Source: Chrysemys picta bellii
Taxonomy: Eukaryota
Assembly (NCBI RefSeq): GCF_011386835.1
Contig: NC_088798.1
Location: 99,448,001-99,512,000, forward strand
Length of the DNA: 64,000 nucleotides
Direction: 5' to 3'
Numbering within the stretch: position 1 is the stretch's first letter; each line of letters starts with the position of its first letter. Below are positions 12,998-25,570 of the stretch, in pieces. Both the position numbers and the translations under genes were made by a program. A model generated the notes under the pieces. That model did not search any database. It was not told the DNA's origin and saw only the letters and a list, made by a program, of their open reading frames with translations.

Positions 12998-13716
12998 CAG
13001 TAACTCCTCACTTAAGGTCGTCCTGGTTAAGGTTGTTTCGTTGCTGATCAATTAGGGAACATGCTCGTTTAAAGTTGTGTAATGCTCCCTTCTAATGTCG
13101 TTTGGCAGCCGCCTGCTTTGTCTATTGCTTGCAGGAAGAGCAGCCCGTTGCAGCTAGCTGGTGGGGTCTTGGAACCAGGGTGGACCGGCAGCCCCCCCAT
13201 CAGCTCCCCCTATCAGCTCCCCTAAGTTCCCTGTGCAGAAGCTGCCCACCAGGCTAGCAATTGCAGCTGTCCCTCCCACCATTGCCATGTGCTGCTCCTG
13301 CCCTCTGCCTTGGAGCTGCTCCCCGAGACTCCTGCTTGCTCTGCGGCGGGGAGGGAAGAAAGAGGGGGGCTAATGTCAGGGTGTCCCCCTCTCCCCTGCT
13401 CCTACACCCCGCTTACCCCATCTTCCATAGAGCAGGGGGGACACACCAGGGCTCAGGACAGAGGGAGCTTGCAGCAGCTGCAGTCTCAGCAAGCTGATCT
13501 AATTAACAAGGCAGTGTACTTAAAGGGGAAATGTGCATATCTCCCTCCATTCCTGCTGCCTTGTAGAGTGAAAGAGTTAACCCTTGAGGGCTCAGCCAAT
13601 TGCTAGTTCATCATTTAGCAGTAAGGGAAATATCCCACCCTCTGACTCCTCCACCTCAACCAAGCTTCACAATCATCATCACTGTGTACCAGTATTAAAT
13701 TGTTTGTTTAAAACTT

Positions 13717-13764
<48 letters not shown>

Positions 13765-13898
13765 GTCTTTTGTCTGGTTAAAAAAAATTTCCCTAGAACC
13801 TAACCCCCTCATTTACATTAATTCTTATGGGGAAATTGGTTTTGCTTAAAGTTGCATTTTTCAGGAACATAACTACAACGTTAAGTGAGGAATTACTG
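12998..13898. mobile_element. Non-autonomous Tc1/mariner (pogo/Tigger-like) DNA transposon
   Basis: TIRs CAGTAACTCCTCACTTAAGGTCGT...ACAACGTTAAGTGAGGAATTACTG; TA TSD (12996-12997 / 13899-13900); no transposase ORF. Confidence 0.92.
13721..13760. repeat. (TG)20 microsatellite inside the Tigger-like element
   Basis: Perfect TG dinucleotide run. Confidence 0.99.
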
Positions 13899-14236
13899 TA
13901 CCAAAGTTCCTCATTTCAATGTTGTTTCTTTTATAACTGATCCCTGGAGAGAAGAAGGGTGAGATCCACAGGCTTCACTTCAGAGAGAAGTTTTTAAAAA
14001 ATAAATAAGCTCAGTCATGGAAAGAAATGAAAAACTTGAGTTTGAACACAGAGCCCAAAGCAGAATATTTAAGTCCCTTTTCCTCCCCTGGATGTTCCGT
14101 TTTTATACCTGAGAAGTGCTAGGCAGGGATGCGGAAGATATATAAATATTGACCAAAGAATTATTGTTTGAGACTGATTTTACTGATTCCATCTAAAGTT
14201 CCATCTGAATCTCAATGCATAAGGACTCACAAATAA

Positions 14237-14486
14237 TTGAGCTGCTCTAACATTTTTTCATTAAAACTTTTTTTTTCCAGTGACAAATGGCTTTTCAACA
14301 AAGCTGAAAGTTTTGGGGAAAAGTTTTGATTGTCATAAATAATTGGGGGGGTTTTCTCAGAAGTTTTCAATAGTTTTTTTCATGAAAATGCCTGAAACAG
14401 TTTATAGAAAAAATGTAGATGAAAAATGTTAGTTTTTGTGGAATTTTTTCACAGAGGAAAAAAATATAATTTCCAGACCAGCTCTA
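14237..14486. mobile_element. AT-rich hAT-type MITE
   Basis: Imperfect TIRs TTGAGCTGCTC...GACCAGCTCTA; 8-bp TSD ACAAATAA / ATAAATAA (7/8). Confidence 0.7.
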
Positions 14487-15189
14487 ATAAATAAGTTAAG
14501 ATTGATAACCGCAACTTGGCTGTAAAGAAAATATGAGTATAGGAGGTTTCAGAAAGGCTCCTTTGTCACGGACGTAGAAAGGTCTTCTTTGTCTTATACT
14601 CTTCATTTGTCATGAAGATTAAGCTGTAAATCGTCTACTCCTGAGGAACTACCCATATGGAGTCTGAGCCTGTGAGGTGCTGAGCATCTCCAACACCAAT
14701 TTTAATGGGAATTGAAAGTGCTGAGCGTGTCTCAGAAATGCTCAACACCGTGGGGGGAGGGGCAGAAGGGAAGTAGCTTCAGAGACTGTTACTTTAAATC
14801 CATGGAGTGTCCATATATCACTGCAAGGGAGAGAGGTTTCTATAGGCCCCTGGGATGGGATAGAGGAAGTTACTAACTATATTGATATCCTGAGATGTGC
14901 AGGGAAGGATATGGAGCCTCTGTGTAAAGGGGCCAGCCCTTTTCTGCTTGTCCAAGACCTCTGCCTGTTCCCAGTAGCATGGCCCCTTCACTTTTAGCCA
15001 TATATTGCATCCTTATCCTCACGTTAGTAGGTAAAAGGCAGACAGAGTTGAGGGCAAGACAAAGCTGCATTAAGTTTCACTGGAATGTCCATGGGGTTGC
15101 TGAAAGCTTTCATGGTCTTGTGCGCAAGGTAGAGAGAATTCTTCAGAGGCTCATCTTCCACTTCCAGTTCTTTCCAGTCACCTTTGGCT

Positions 15190-15870
15190 GGTATTTGTCC
15201 TTAGTTTTGAAAGGACACTCAGCTGCACAGCTGAAAGCAACTTTCAATTAACCAACAGCAATTTGACACAGAAAGTGAGCGTGACCCTTAATATCTGCCC
15301 CAGCAGCACAGACTGGTCCAACACAGTCATGTAAATCTTTGAAGTTAGCAACGTAAGTGAGTTAGGCTGCTGGGGCTTTTTATAAGGTTGCATGTGAAAT
15401 TGTCAGAGGAATGAAACCATTTACAGATGGTGCAGTGATAAGGATGGTACGGTATCTTGCTTGTATGTGCTCCTAATTTCCGGGGGAGGGGGGGAAAGCC
15501 CACAACAGGAAAAAGAAACTGAAACAAATGTAATTCTTTTGACTGTGCTGTGGTTGAAGGAGTAAGTGAGATTTCTGGCAACACCAAAAGAACTCCAAAG
15601 ACAAGCTGGCTGCTGCAGTATTTATTAGTTTGCCTTTGATGAAACCCCTGACATCAAGGATTTTCCTCAGTGACTGATTTTTGTCAGAGTAATTATGAGT
15701 GAACTGGATGTGACAGAGGATTTTTTTGGACATGAAACCCTTGCATTATGGCATGAAAGGAGAGGACATAAAAACAATCAACCTGGTGTGACAGAGACCC
15801 TGAAGCAGTTTGATGTGGCCCTGGAGAAAAGAACTGTTATCACTACTTACTGATGTGGTCACGAGGAGGG
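15190..15870 (+). pseudogene. Decayed hAT (Charlie/SPIN-type) transposase fragment
   Basis: Translation across stops and frameshifts gives AFYKVACEIVRGMKPFTDGAVIR...VSEISGNTK/ELQDKLAAAVFISL/AFDETPDIKDFPQ*LIFVRVIMSELDVTEDF/LDMKPLHYGMKGEDI/VTETLKQFDVALEKRTVITT. This matches the hAT pattern KPFT(D/E)GE...SLALDESTD...QLLIFVR...TTDGA, including the first catalytic Asp region. Confidence 0.8.
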
Positions 15871-16062
15871 AAATTGCTAAATAAAATGTATCTTGGAGTC
15901 AGATAGGTCAGTGGGGGCCACTTTCTCTTACCACTGTTCTCTCTTATCAAAAGTAGGTCATGCCCGGGGGAGGGTGGGATTGGGGTGAAGTATTTGAAAC
16001 ATTTAAAAATATTTTCAGAAGAGGAAAGTGAAGTTGGCTTTACGTTGTGTCTGTGTTGGGTC

Positions 16063-16860
16063 TGTCACAGTTCAGGGTATGTGCATTTGTAGTCTCCCTC
16101 TATGGCCCAGCCAGGGCACCCACTTCTAGGCTTCCAGTTCCCCAGCTGTCATGTCTCCTGAGCGGAGACACATGTCTCTCCCTCCTGTGAATTCCCCAGC
16201 AAAGTCAGACTGCCTCAGCAGGCCTGCTTTGCTTTTCTCCTCAGAGACAGTAAACAGAGTAATTGCCACAGTTAAGTTACCCCACAGCTCTTTCTCGGTA
16301 AGCACATTTATTCTTAAGGGAAAAGTATTACAGAAAAATCTGTTAAAGGCACTAAAAGAACTTACACACATGCTAATAAGATTACCAGCGATCACCCCCA
16401 GTGCCAACAAGGGCTCCTTCGGACCCCACCCAGGAGTTTTACTGTGGCTACAAGTTCATCACTTCTTCTGCTCAGAACAAGACCCCTGTGAATCCTTTCC
16501 TCCTTTATGTTGTTTGGGCCTTCTGAGACTGGGAATAGGTAATTTGTAGACAAAGGCTCCTCCCCAGGGCAAAGCTTCAAAAAATCAGATCTGGAGGTGG
16601 GCATTTGCTTGCCCTTCCTCCCAAGTATTTCCTAGGAAACCTACTCAACTAACAGTTCATTCTTGTCTTAGCCCATTTCTTAAAAAAAAAAAAAAAATCC
16701 TTTGAAGCTCATAACACTTTCCAAGGTTTACATTAGTCATATCTCCTAGACAAGCTACATAGAATAACATATAAACAGTTGAATTTTTGATATAATGAGC
16801 TCCTAAGATACTTAAACTTAATTCAATAACATTTATCCAAGATATTGCATCTATGTCACA
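16063..16860 (-). mobile_element. Solo LTR (Gypsy-like)
   Basis: TGTCACAG...ATGTCACA termini; 5-bp TSD GGGTC / GGGAC (4/5); minus-strand AATAAA near 16297; resembles a common turtle LTR (recalled, not searched). Confidence 0.75.
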
Positions 16861-17773
16861 GGGACTATCCTACATTCTGTAATGCTATAAAAAAAAATTG
16901 GCCCACTGGTGTAAATCATCTAAGCGCAGGAGAAAGAAAATCTGAAAAGGTCCATCTGGGTATCTTGCCTTCATTATCACCTTTGGCCCAATTGGGGTCT
17001 TTTGACTTCCTACTCAGTGCTAACATAAGTTGATCAGAACCTTATTTGAAAGCATATAGTTAGCACCAAAGAGACATGGCTTCAAGATGGCGAATGAACA
17101 CAAAAATATGTTTCTTCTCATGCAGTGCTGTGTGAAATCTTTCCTACATGTCTGCATGGAGGTATGGGGTCTAGTTATAGCTGAAGATATCCATCTGTAC
17201 AGAAAAAATATCTGAACAGTGGAGAAAAAGGAGACACTGGTCCTGATTCTCCTCTAACTTACACCAGTTTATCATTGACTTCGCTGGAGTCACGCTGACT
17301 TTACACTGGAGTAATTGAGATTAGAATTAGTATGAAGCACATGGATGGTTCCTGGTGATGGATTTCAAGTTGGGACATTTGGCAGAAGTCTGATTTCTAA
17401 AACCATTGGCACTATGTGAGAGTCAAGTACGTATGCCACATGCTTTAGGCATTCTGGGTGAACGTACTTCCATAACAGGCCATGACAGCTACAGACAAGC
17501 TCAGGGCTTTGGGTTCGTGGTGACTGCAGAGGCAGAATGCCATTGCATTCTTGGAGCTATCAGTGCCCTGCCTGCATATATGAATGTAATGTATGGAGAG
17601 TGGTACATGATACACCCTCAGCCTTTGTAAAGTCAGTAGGCTAGGTTTTGTTATGGGGGAAAAAATCAAACTACTAGGAAAAAAACAACAACAAAATCCA
17701 ATATTTCCAATGACCAGTCTACAGTCCCATGTACACCTACAGTCTCTGGTACTTGGCAAATAACAAAATAATC

Positions 17774-17947
17774 CAGAACAACCCTGGATTATCTGAATGT
17801 AACAGTGGATGCTGAATAATTTAGGATGTAGGTTTTGGATGGCTAAGGGAATTTTCAATGTAATTAACAGATATCAGGGGACATGACCCCATTTCAGATA
17901 CTAGAGATATTTTGATAACGGAGATTTGGATAATCAAGGCTGTACTG
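17774..17947. mobile_element. Old Tigger-like MITE
   Basis: Imperfect TIRs CAGAACAACCCTGGATTATC...GGATAATCAAGGCTGTACTG; TA TSD not preserved. Confidence 0.45.
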
Positions 17948-20900
17948 ATATTGTATTTAAGCTGGTTGGTATTTATTCCTTTCAAAACGGTTTGAGTTTT
18001 GATATTTTAACTTCCCTTAGCTCACATTCCCACTTTTTTGAGACAGCAGTCTTCATTTGGGAGAAGCCTGTAGTGAAATTGTTGGCATTCTGCACCTCTT
18101 CCTGTTAAAAGATATTGATGGAAAATCTGGGACTAGGTTACAGTGCTCTGCAGCAGGACTGTTATTCTAAACCAAGGGGCCAGTATGTTAGCTAGATATC
18201 TCACTACATTTCTACACCCTGTATAAACACACTCTCCTGGCCAAATCCTGCTTTGATTAACACCTTATGCAAGCCCTTTGAGTTCAGTGGGGGTTGCATG
18301 AGGTGTACTGACAGGCTGGAATCTGTGTGTTGTACAAGACAAATCATCTTTTGTAGGAGGACAAACTATGGCAAAATATTCTCAAGCTAAATTTTGCTCT
18401 GGATTGGAGCAAAGAAGTTTCCCTCATTTGTCTTTGACCTGCCCTGGCATGGGGTCACAGCCTGAGACTCAGTTTTTACTCCAGGGAGGAATTTGCCTGA
18501 GTAAAAATCAGAACAAAATGTCTTACTTTTAATACAGCGGTAAGAATGTATATACAAAGGCTACTTGATTGAATGGTAAATTAAGTCCCTGCATGAAAAA
18601 TATGAGAGTAGAACAAGATTTGGAGTTGGTCTAGCTCAGAAATGTACTATAACGCCTTTTGGATTAAATAAAAGGGGGAAAACAAGCCAGCTATTAGCTC
18701 TTGAAACATCTATAAGTATAAGGCCTGATCTTATTGCTTTCAGCAGCAGCAAGACTAGGCACATAGTGCAGAGGTTATAATTCATATAGTGTCAAAGAAT
18801 GTAACAGGATTTGCAGGAATTGAAATCACGAACGCTTAGCGGTGTTATAAATTAACACACACACAAAAATCCACTTTCTGTCATTTCTGTTCATTGACTC
18901 ACTTTCCGTTTCATGTGTCAAGGTAGGATTGTTCTCTGGATCTTGGAACACTCCATCCACCTGTCAAGCAGAAGCTTCAAGACCCCTCCTGGGGATCATC
19001 CTGAAGAGACACTCTGGCACTAACGATGAATTCATCACACACTTGCAGGCTGTTTCTTTAAAGGCTTAGAGATTTAAAACTCACTGACCAAACCAGTGCA
19101 GTTCTCAAGGAGCCTGCTTTGCAGCACAATGTAATAGACGTTGTGGACCTGATTCTCATCTCTCTTACACTGCCGTATGCAGGAGGTACTCAGTCGAAAT
19201 CAATGGAGTTACACCAATGTAAAAGTGGGGTCAGCGAGAGGTGAATTAGGCCCACTTATTTTGCAGATAGTGGTAGTTTCACATGTGTATTGGCATAAGC
19301 GTGGCTGTTAGGATGCTTTTGAAGGAAAGCTGGTTTTAAAACACTGGTGGCTTTCAGTTACACAAGGCTATAATTCATGGAGATTTTACAGTAAATCCCC
19401 TACAGAGTTGCTGATGCCTCCCAGAAAACTTTGCATAATCTTCTGGCTCCGATGCTTGGCTAAGACCAAGGAATGTACAGTGCAGCTGAGGAGGTAGGGT
19501 GCAAAAGTGAACTGAAGCCACTCTGAGTCAGTCCTGCCTCTCAGGATAGCCTGCAAGTAGCTTTGGATGAACCCAAAGGCAGAGGAACTGTTGTGGTTCT
19601 GCTGTGCGTGCATGGGGGTAGACTGGGAACAGAAAGGTTATGCAAGAGGTTTGAGTCTCCATGTAGGGTCATTGTGAGATATGTACAGGATGAGGGCTGG
19701 GGTGTGGCCAGTGGGTCTGAAAATGTACTGGTCGAACCCACCTGTGTGTGTGTGTGCAGGGATCTGCTTGTATAGTCCGTGGGCTGAAAAGCTGCGGTAT
19801 GGTTTCCCCATAAGAAACTCAGCAAGCCTCTGTGTACATCCTCTGTGCAAAGACCATTTATTTGCTTTGGGCAAGGTGGGAGAATTTGGCCAGTAGGTAG
19901 TTTTAATTTGGGCTCAAATATGTGTCACATTTTATTTTATTTTTTTAATTGTATTTTCAGCGTGTATGTTGGCGCATGAGCCCGTGAACTGATTTTAAAG
20001 GACTCCTTGGAAAAATAATCATATTTGGGCTGTTTCAATCTCTCTCTAATAAGTGGAAAGATTTACTAAAAAGGTCTATGTGATGATTTGGGGGGATTAT
20101 TGAACACTGATGCCAATGTATTTCCGACAGGCTGAAGAATTAAGCACTCCTAGTGTTGAAAGCAATCTGAATATTGCCTAAAACTTGTGCTGAGTGAGGC
20201 TCTTGTCTGCAAGTGGACGAAGATGTCAGAAATGCAGGCTGAGCAGAGGCAGTGCGTTGCGGATGAAAGGAAGTAAGATCTGAACCTGTGTTTTAGTACA
20301 AGTTCTTCAAATTGCAAGACATTGAAGGTCTGTAAAGAAATCTGACTGATAAAGATGTCAGGTGCAAGACATGGCTATTGATAAATTGCATGTACATTTC
20401 ACAATTGCATTATTATGGAGCATATCCTGTCACACATTAAGCATATTTATTTTTTCTTACCCTTATGTTGCTCTTCGTTGTCTTGGGGATCAAGGTATTA
20501 GAATACTTTCCCCCCCACCTCTTTACCCAGTGATGAGGAAACCAGGTACAAATCATCATGGTTTCTTTACTGGTTATATGGCTCTTCTTTAATCTGGTAT
20601 ACAGTTTTTGGTGAATCTTTAACAGGGTAGGTGTTTGGCTGGGGTTGCATGGAACCATAGAGACCAAATGGATCTGTGGATGCAGAGAGCTAGGTATATA
20701 TTTAGAGGCACAATCCTGACAAGTGGTGCTGACAGTGCAGGCCCTGAGGGGAGATTGGAGGATGGATCCCCAACATAGTGTTGTGTTGGGAAATGAAAAA
20801 TGGGCAGAAGAAACACTATTCCATCTCCTTCCCTCCTTCGAATGACCAGTCAACTGGAATTTGTGTGAGAAGTGGTTTTGTGAAACAATGGAGGTCAGTT

Positions 20901-21054
20901 CTGTCATTTTAAGTGTCTGCTTGCACAAGTCTGAAAACTTAATGGAAAACAGTGCTGCACAAAGGCAGAATCGTGTACTTATACGTTGCCCTGGTTTTTC
21001 AGAAGGCCCATTTTCTGTAAGTGGGACTTCTCCCTCCACCCATTTTTCTTAAAC

Positions 21055-21342
21055 CAGCATTTTCCCAATCTGTGGTCCATGGGCTGCTGGTGGTCTGTAG
21101 AAAGCTTGTTGGCCAAATGGCACTGGCTCTCCACCCCTTCCTTTCTAGCTGTTACATTAAATACTTCCCTCATTTTCCTTTTCCATGGAAGCAAGTGCTC
21201 TAGCTTTCATATTGATGTTATCCTATTGTGAATGGCTGAAGAGAGGGTCCATTCAATTGCAAATGGATAGTCCCATGGGTTCTGTGTGGCACTCTCTCTC
21301 TCAAAATGGGATCTACACTGTGAAAAAAGTTTGAGAATCCCT
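21055..21342. mobile_element. Old hAT-Charlie-type MITE
   Basis: Left end CAGCATTTTCCCAATCTGTGGTCCATGG; right end AAAGTTTGAGAATCCCT; flanks TCTTAAAC / TCTGAGAC (6/8). Confidence 0.5.
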
Positions 21343-22117
21343 TCTGAGACCAAATCTGGGTAATTGTTACTCATTCTTTGTATCTGAATTTTCTGTAAGC
21401 ATGCAGTTTTGTTTCTACAGAAGACATTGTTCTGGACTTCCTATACCAAGGACTTCCTATTCCTTTCTTTACTCGGTCAGAGGGGTGTTGTCCTCCTTAC
21501 CATGTGTGAGCAGTATTAGCATAATACAAACATAAATTATGTCGAAACTTCATGCTAACAATAACAACATCATTGCCACGAAAGTTGAAACACTTCTGAT
21601 AACAGAATGCATGGATCCTTTCCTTTCAAACCTGAGATTCTGGTCATTCAGGTCTCAGGTACAATAAGAAGGTAGAAATCTACTTTTCAGAATGCTTGTT
21701 ATACCCTCAGGCTCCTGACTCATAAGAATATTTAAATAAATCTCTCACCTTGGGCTTGAAAGAGGTGAGTGTGGGCAGGTGGACTCAAATCCTTAACACA
21801 ATAAGGAGAGGAAGTTCTTTGTGCCTCTACTTGGGAGGCCTGCACTGGCTGGTGAGTGTGGGAAGCGGTTTTTAGAAGATGGCCTGAAAGAAGCTACCAC
21901 TATTCAAGGCAGGAAATTGCTTTAGGTTTCGTCTCTTGCTCCTTTTCTTTTTCCTCACACAGTTGCTTTTGAAACCAAGCCATAGTTTAATCGAGTTCCC
22001 CTTCCTGTATCTTTTGGACACTGTATTAAACTAAAAAACCCCAAAACAACCAAAAACCTTAAAAAAGGAGGGATGGTCCTGAAGAGCAAAGTGTGGATCC
22101 ACATCCAAATTTTTGAA

Positions 22118-22122
<5 letters not shown>

Positions 22123-22174
<52 letters not shown>
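22123..22174. repeat. (AC)26 microsatellite
   Basis: Perfect AC dinucleotide run. Confidence 0.99.
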
Positions 22175-22179
<5 letters not shown>

Positions 22180-22651
22180 GTATTCAGGTTTAGAGTTTTG
22201 CTTTGGCCATTATAGAGATTAGAAGCTGGCTGGGAAATTTGGATCTACATGCTGATTTGAATTCCAGAGCTCATCTTCACCACATCATATTTTGGGGAGT
22301 TCAGATCCTGACTTTATTGTTTAGGCTCATCACAGTGTAAAAATATTCTCTTGGTGCTAAAGACTTCAATAGGAATTAGTTCTGGGCTGTTACCCTTAAA
22401 TCTCACTACTTCCTCCTCCTCCGTCACTTACATGGGCATATTTAAAAATGCTGTCTTAAATCTCATTTATTAATAGTGAAACTACCTTTATCTAGATTTT
22501 ACATTCACAAGTAATCACAAGTTAAAGGATCTGATTTTCATTTACACTAAGGCCGCAAAGTTATATTGACCTAAGTTGACTTGTTTTGCCTTAGTTTTGC
22601 ATGCATCCACATCTAAATTCATCTCCTGCCGACAGATACCCTATTACATGG

Positions 22652-23344
22652 TGTAAGAGGTCGGACTCACCCCTGCGGCACCTCCTGCTGGTCACCCATG
22701 GGAATGAGCTCAATCCAGCCCAGAGCACCTTCTGCAGGCTGGTGATCCGCCTTGTCGTTACTAGCCCCCATGTCCCTCCCAGGACCCGGTGCCCCTTACT
22801 CTGAGTGCTGCCCCCTGGCAGTACCCAAACTCACTGGGTCTCCCCTCCCAGGGGAACCCCCACCCACTAACCCCACCTTGCCTCAATGTAAGGCTACTGC
22901 GAGTCACCATCTAGCCCCACTCCCTGGGGCAGACTGCAGTATCAGCCACTCATCACAGGCAAGGTTGGGTTTGGACCTGCTGCCTTGGCCTACCTCTGGG
23001 CTGCCCTCTGCAACCGCTAGTACCTTTGGCCCAATGCTAGGCCGCAGCCTGGGGCTTTCCAGGCTGGAGCTCCCCAGCTCCTCAGCCTTTCCCCAGCCCT
23101 GCTCCACTCAGGTACCCTGTCTCAAGCTCCCTGCAGCCAGGCCCTTCTCTCTCTGAGTTCAAAGAGAGACTTCTGAGCTGCTGGCTGTCCTGGCCTTTAT
23201 AGGGCCAGCTGGGCTCTGATTCGGGCGTGGCCCAGCTGCAGCTGCTTCCCCCAATCAGCCCAGGTCTTTCCTTCCCCAGCCCCAGCCCTCTGCAGGGTTG
23301 GCTTTAACCCTTCCCAGGCAGGAGCGGGTGTCCATCCCGCTACA
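22652..23344 (-). mobile_element. Solo LTR (Gypsy-like)
   Basis: TGTAAG...GCTACA termini; perfect 5-bp TSD CATGG (22647-22651 / 23345-23349); minus-strand TATAAA at 23196-23201 with CCAAT-like motifs nearby. Confidence 0.92.
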
Positions 23345-23380
23345 CATGGACACAATAACATCACCTTCTTGGATAACTTA

Positions 23381-23665
23381 GGTCTGGTCTATACTACCCG
23401 CCTGAATCGGCGGGTAGAAATCGACCTCTCGGGGATCGATTTATCGCGTCCCGTAGGGACGCGACAATCGATCCCCGAATCGGCGCTCTAACTCCACCAG
23501 CGGAGGTGGTAGTAAGCGCCGCCGACAAAAAGCGGCAGAAGTCGATTTTGCCGCCGTCCTCACAACGGGGTAAGTCGGCTGCAATACGTCGAATTCAGCT
23601 ACGCTATTCACGTAGCTGAATTTGCGTATCTTAAATCGACTCCCTGCTGTAGTGTAGATGTACCC
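23381..23665. mobile_element. PIF/Harbinger MITE, triple-hairpin family (copy B)
   Basis: TIRs GGTCTGGTCTATACTAC...GTAGTGTAGATGTACCC; TTA TSD (23378-23380 / 23666-23668); CpG-rich internal hairpins. Confidence 0.92.
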
Positions 23666-24250
23666 TTAGAGCCAAAGTTGACCTACTTCCATCAACCTGG
23701 TTCTAGTTCAGACAACGCATTACCTGAGTCCACTGTACAGTCCTCCACGTTACACTGCGGTAGCACTGTAGAGGGGCCTTAAAGTGGAACTAAATTTTAC
23801 GTACTCTTTAAGGCCTCTATACACCATGTAAAGTAAATAAGAATCTGGCTCAGACTCCTTAACTATCCCTGCAATTATCTCATTGCAGTAACACGGACAA
23901 GCTAGACCCATGTGCTCTAATAGGACACTAGGAAACAATTCTAAAAAGGGAAACAGCATTAAACTGAAAGCTACATTTGCAAATAGTATCAATTTTCAAG
24001 ATAAACTATTCCTTTGTGGGGCTGTAACCATAAATCCCAAAGTACCTGCAAGCAGTATATCAGAGGCCAACACCACCCAGCACCTGCACACCAAACCCAA
24101 CAAAGGAAATGAGACCAAAGGAAATGCCACCAACAGGAGACTACACTGTTATGTGCCACTGGCAGAGAATAGGAGGGACCGAGGTGCACCGGTGCTCAAG
24201 GCTCCTGCAATGGCAGGGAAATATTAAATGAGATATAGCAAGATAATCTG

Positions 24251-24450
24251 CACTCACATGCTGCAAAGGAAGGTGAATCCCTCTGCCCCAATGTTGCTGC
24301 CAATCTGATTTGGGGACAAATTCCTTCCCGACCCCACATACGGTGATCAGTTAGACTCTGAGCATGTGAGCAAGAACCAGCCAGCCAAGCACCCGAGAGA
24401 GAGAATGCTCAGTGCCACCTCAGGGCACTGGTCCACCTTAGTATCCCATC
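24251..24450 (-). mobile_element. CR1 3' UTR fragment
   Basis: AAATTCCTTCCCGACCCCACATACGGTGATCAGTTAGACTCTGAGCATGTG is homologous to the reverse complement of the 3' UTR of the CR1 at 50372-51548 (about 51250-51305). Confidence 0.75.
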
Positions 24451-25164
24451 TTATAGCATAGGACCATGATTCTTCTATATTGAACTAGGAATATACTGCT
24501 TATCTTCGCTGAGGCAGGAAGAGTATTACTGCAAGTTAGTCTAAATCAGAGGTGTAAGTGACATTAAAGGAGAATCTGAATGGATTTTGTTTAGACGAAG
24601 GGCATGTTGCCAAGGTTTTTGCAGAGATGCAGGAATAACAGATTCTGTATTTTAAAAATTATTTCAAGGAAACTTGTCAGTATAATCTGTTCCATTGTGA
24701 CATCCCATTTAAAATGTACCAGGCAACACAATCATTATACAAGAAGTTAAACACTTCTAAGGATGAATGAAACTTTATCAGAGTGGCTCCAAGTGCAGGC
24801 CGGGGGTTTGCCACTGACAGTCTGGACGGGAGCCTACACAGCCTGGGGACATGCTTCGTGGGGTGTGGAAGCATCACGAATGGCATCATATGACATTGCT
24901 TTTGAAATTGCCACCATGGAGCCCAAGTAATGTGGGATTGATTTGAGGAAGCCTGCTGATTACTTTACACACGTAACTATATATAAATATATATACACAA
25001 AAATATACATAGCGGCGTCAATCAGGGCCTTTACTTCTAAAGTGTTTGCAAGTAAGAGAAGAATTGTGCTGACGGGAGGAGACTTTTCCCAGTTGTAGTA
25101 GTTATGGCAGCAGAATGAACTTTAGATGTACACAAGTTTATTGCATCTGTTAAAGCAGTATTGG

Positions 25165-25570
25165 CTTTCAGCAATGAAATGTGTACTCAAGAACAAGTGC
25201 CTCTGCAGAATTTGGGGCACTCTCCATGCAGAGATAGAATTTCCACTGCAGAAATGAAAGACAGGACCAGACAAAAATGCACCAAGTATTACATTCAGCG
25301 AAAGACCCTGAAGTGGATAGGTTATACCGTGGGAATAGACAGCAGCTGGTGGCTGATGGTGGTGTTATGACTGGATCACTGATGAGGCCACAAAGAAGTC
25401 AGACGGCCTTTAAGAAAACCAAAAGGGCCAGCCTGTGGACTAATGGCAGCAAAACGCTAGGATCTGGGTTTGAGTTCCAAGCTTAGTCTCTCATTTCCAG
25501 ACAGACAGAGTTGGAAGTAACACGTACCAATCTCCACTGATCCCCTCTGGCCAACAGAAGGAGTTATGTT
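25165..25570 (+). mobile_element. Ancient RTE-clade LINE, ORF C-terminal fragment
   Basis: Translation with frameshifts: NKCLCRIWG.../RDRISTAEMKDRTRQK...IQRKTLKWIGYT...VVL.../DRQSWK. This matches the RTE C-terminal pattern NKCLRRILGI.W.DRISNEE...I..RR.KWIGH.LR...A.DR..WR. Confidence 0.65.

Noticed and set aside
16151-16549. 132-aa ATG-initiated ORF
   Set aside because: Entirely within the solo LTR 16063-16860; no gag/pol motifs.
20437-21039. 200-aa minus-strand ORF in non-repeat DNA
   Set aside because: GTG start, no recognisable domain, no splice context, and composition like translated intergenic DNA. A BLASTp or RNA-seq check could overturn this.
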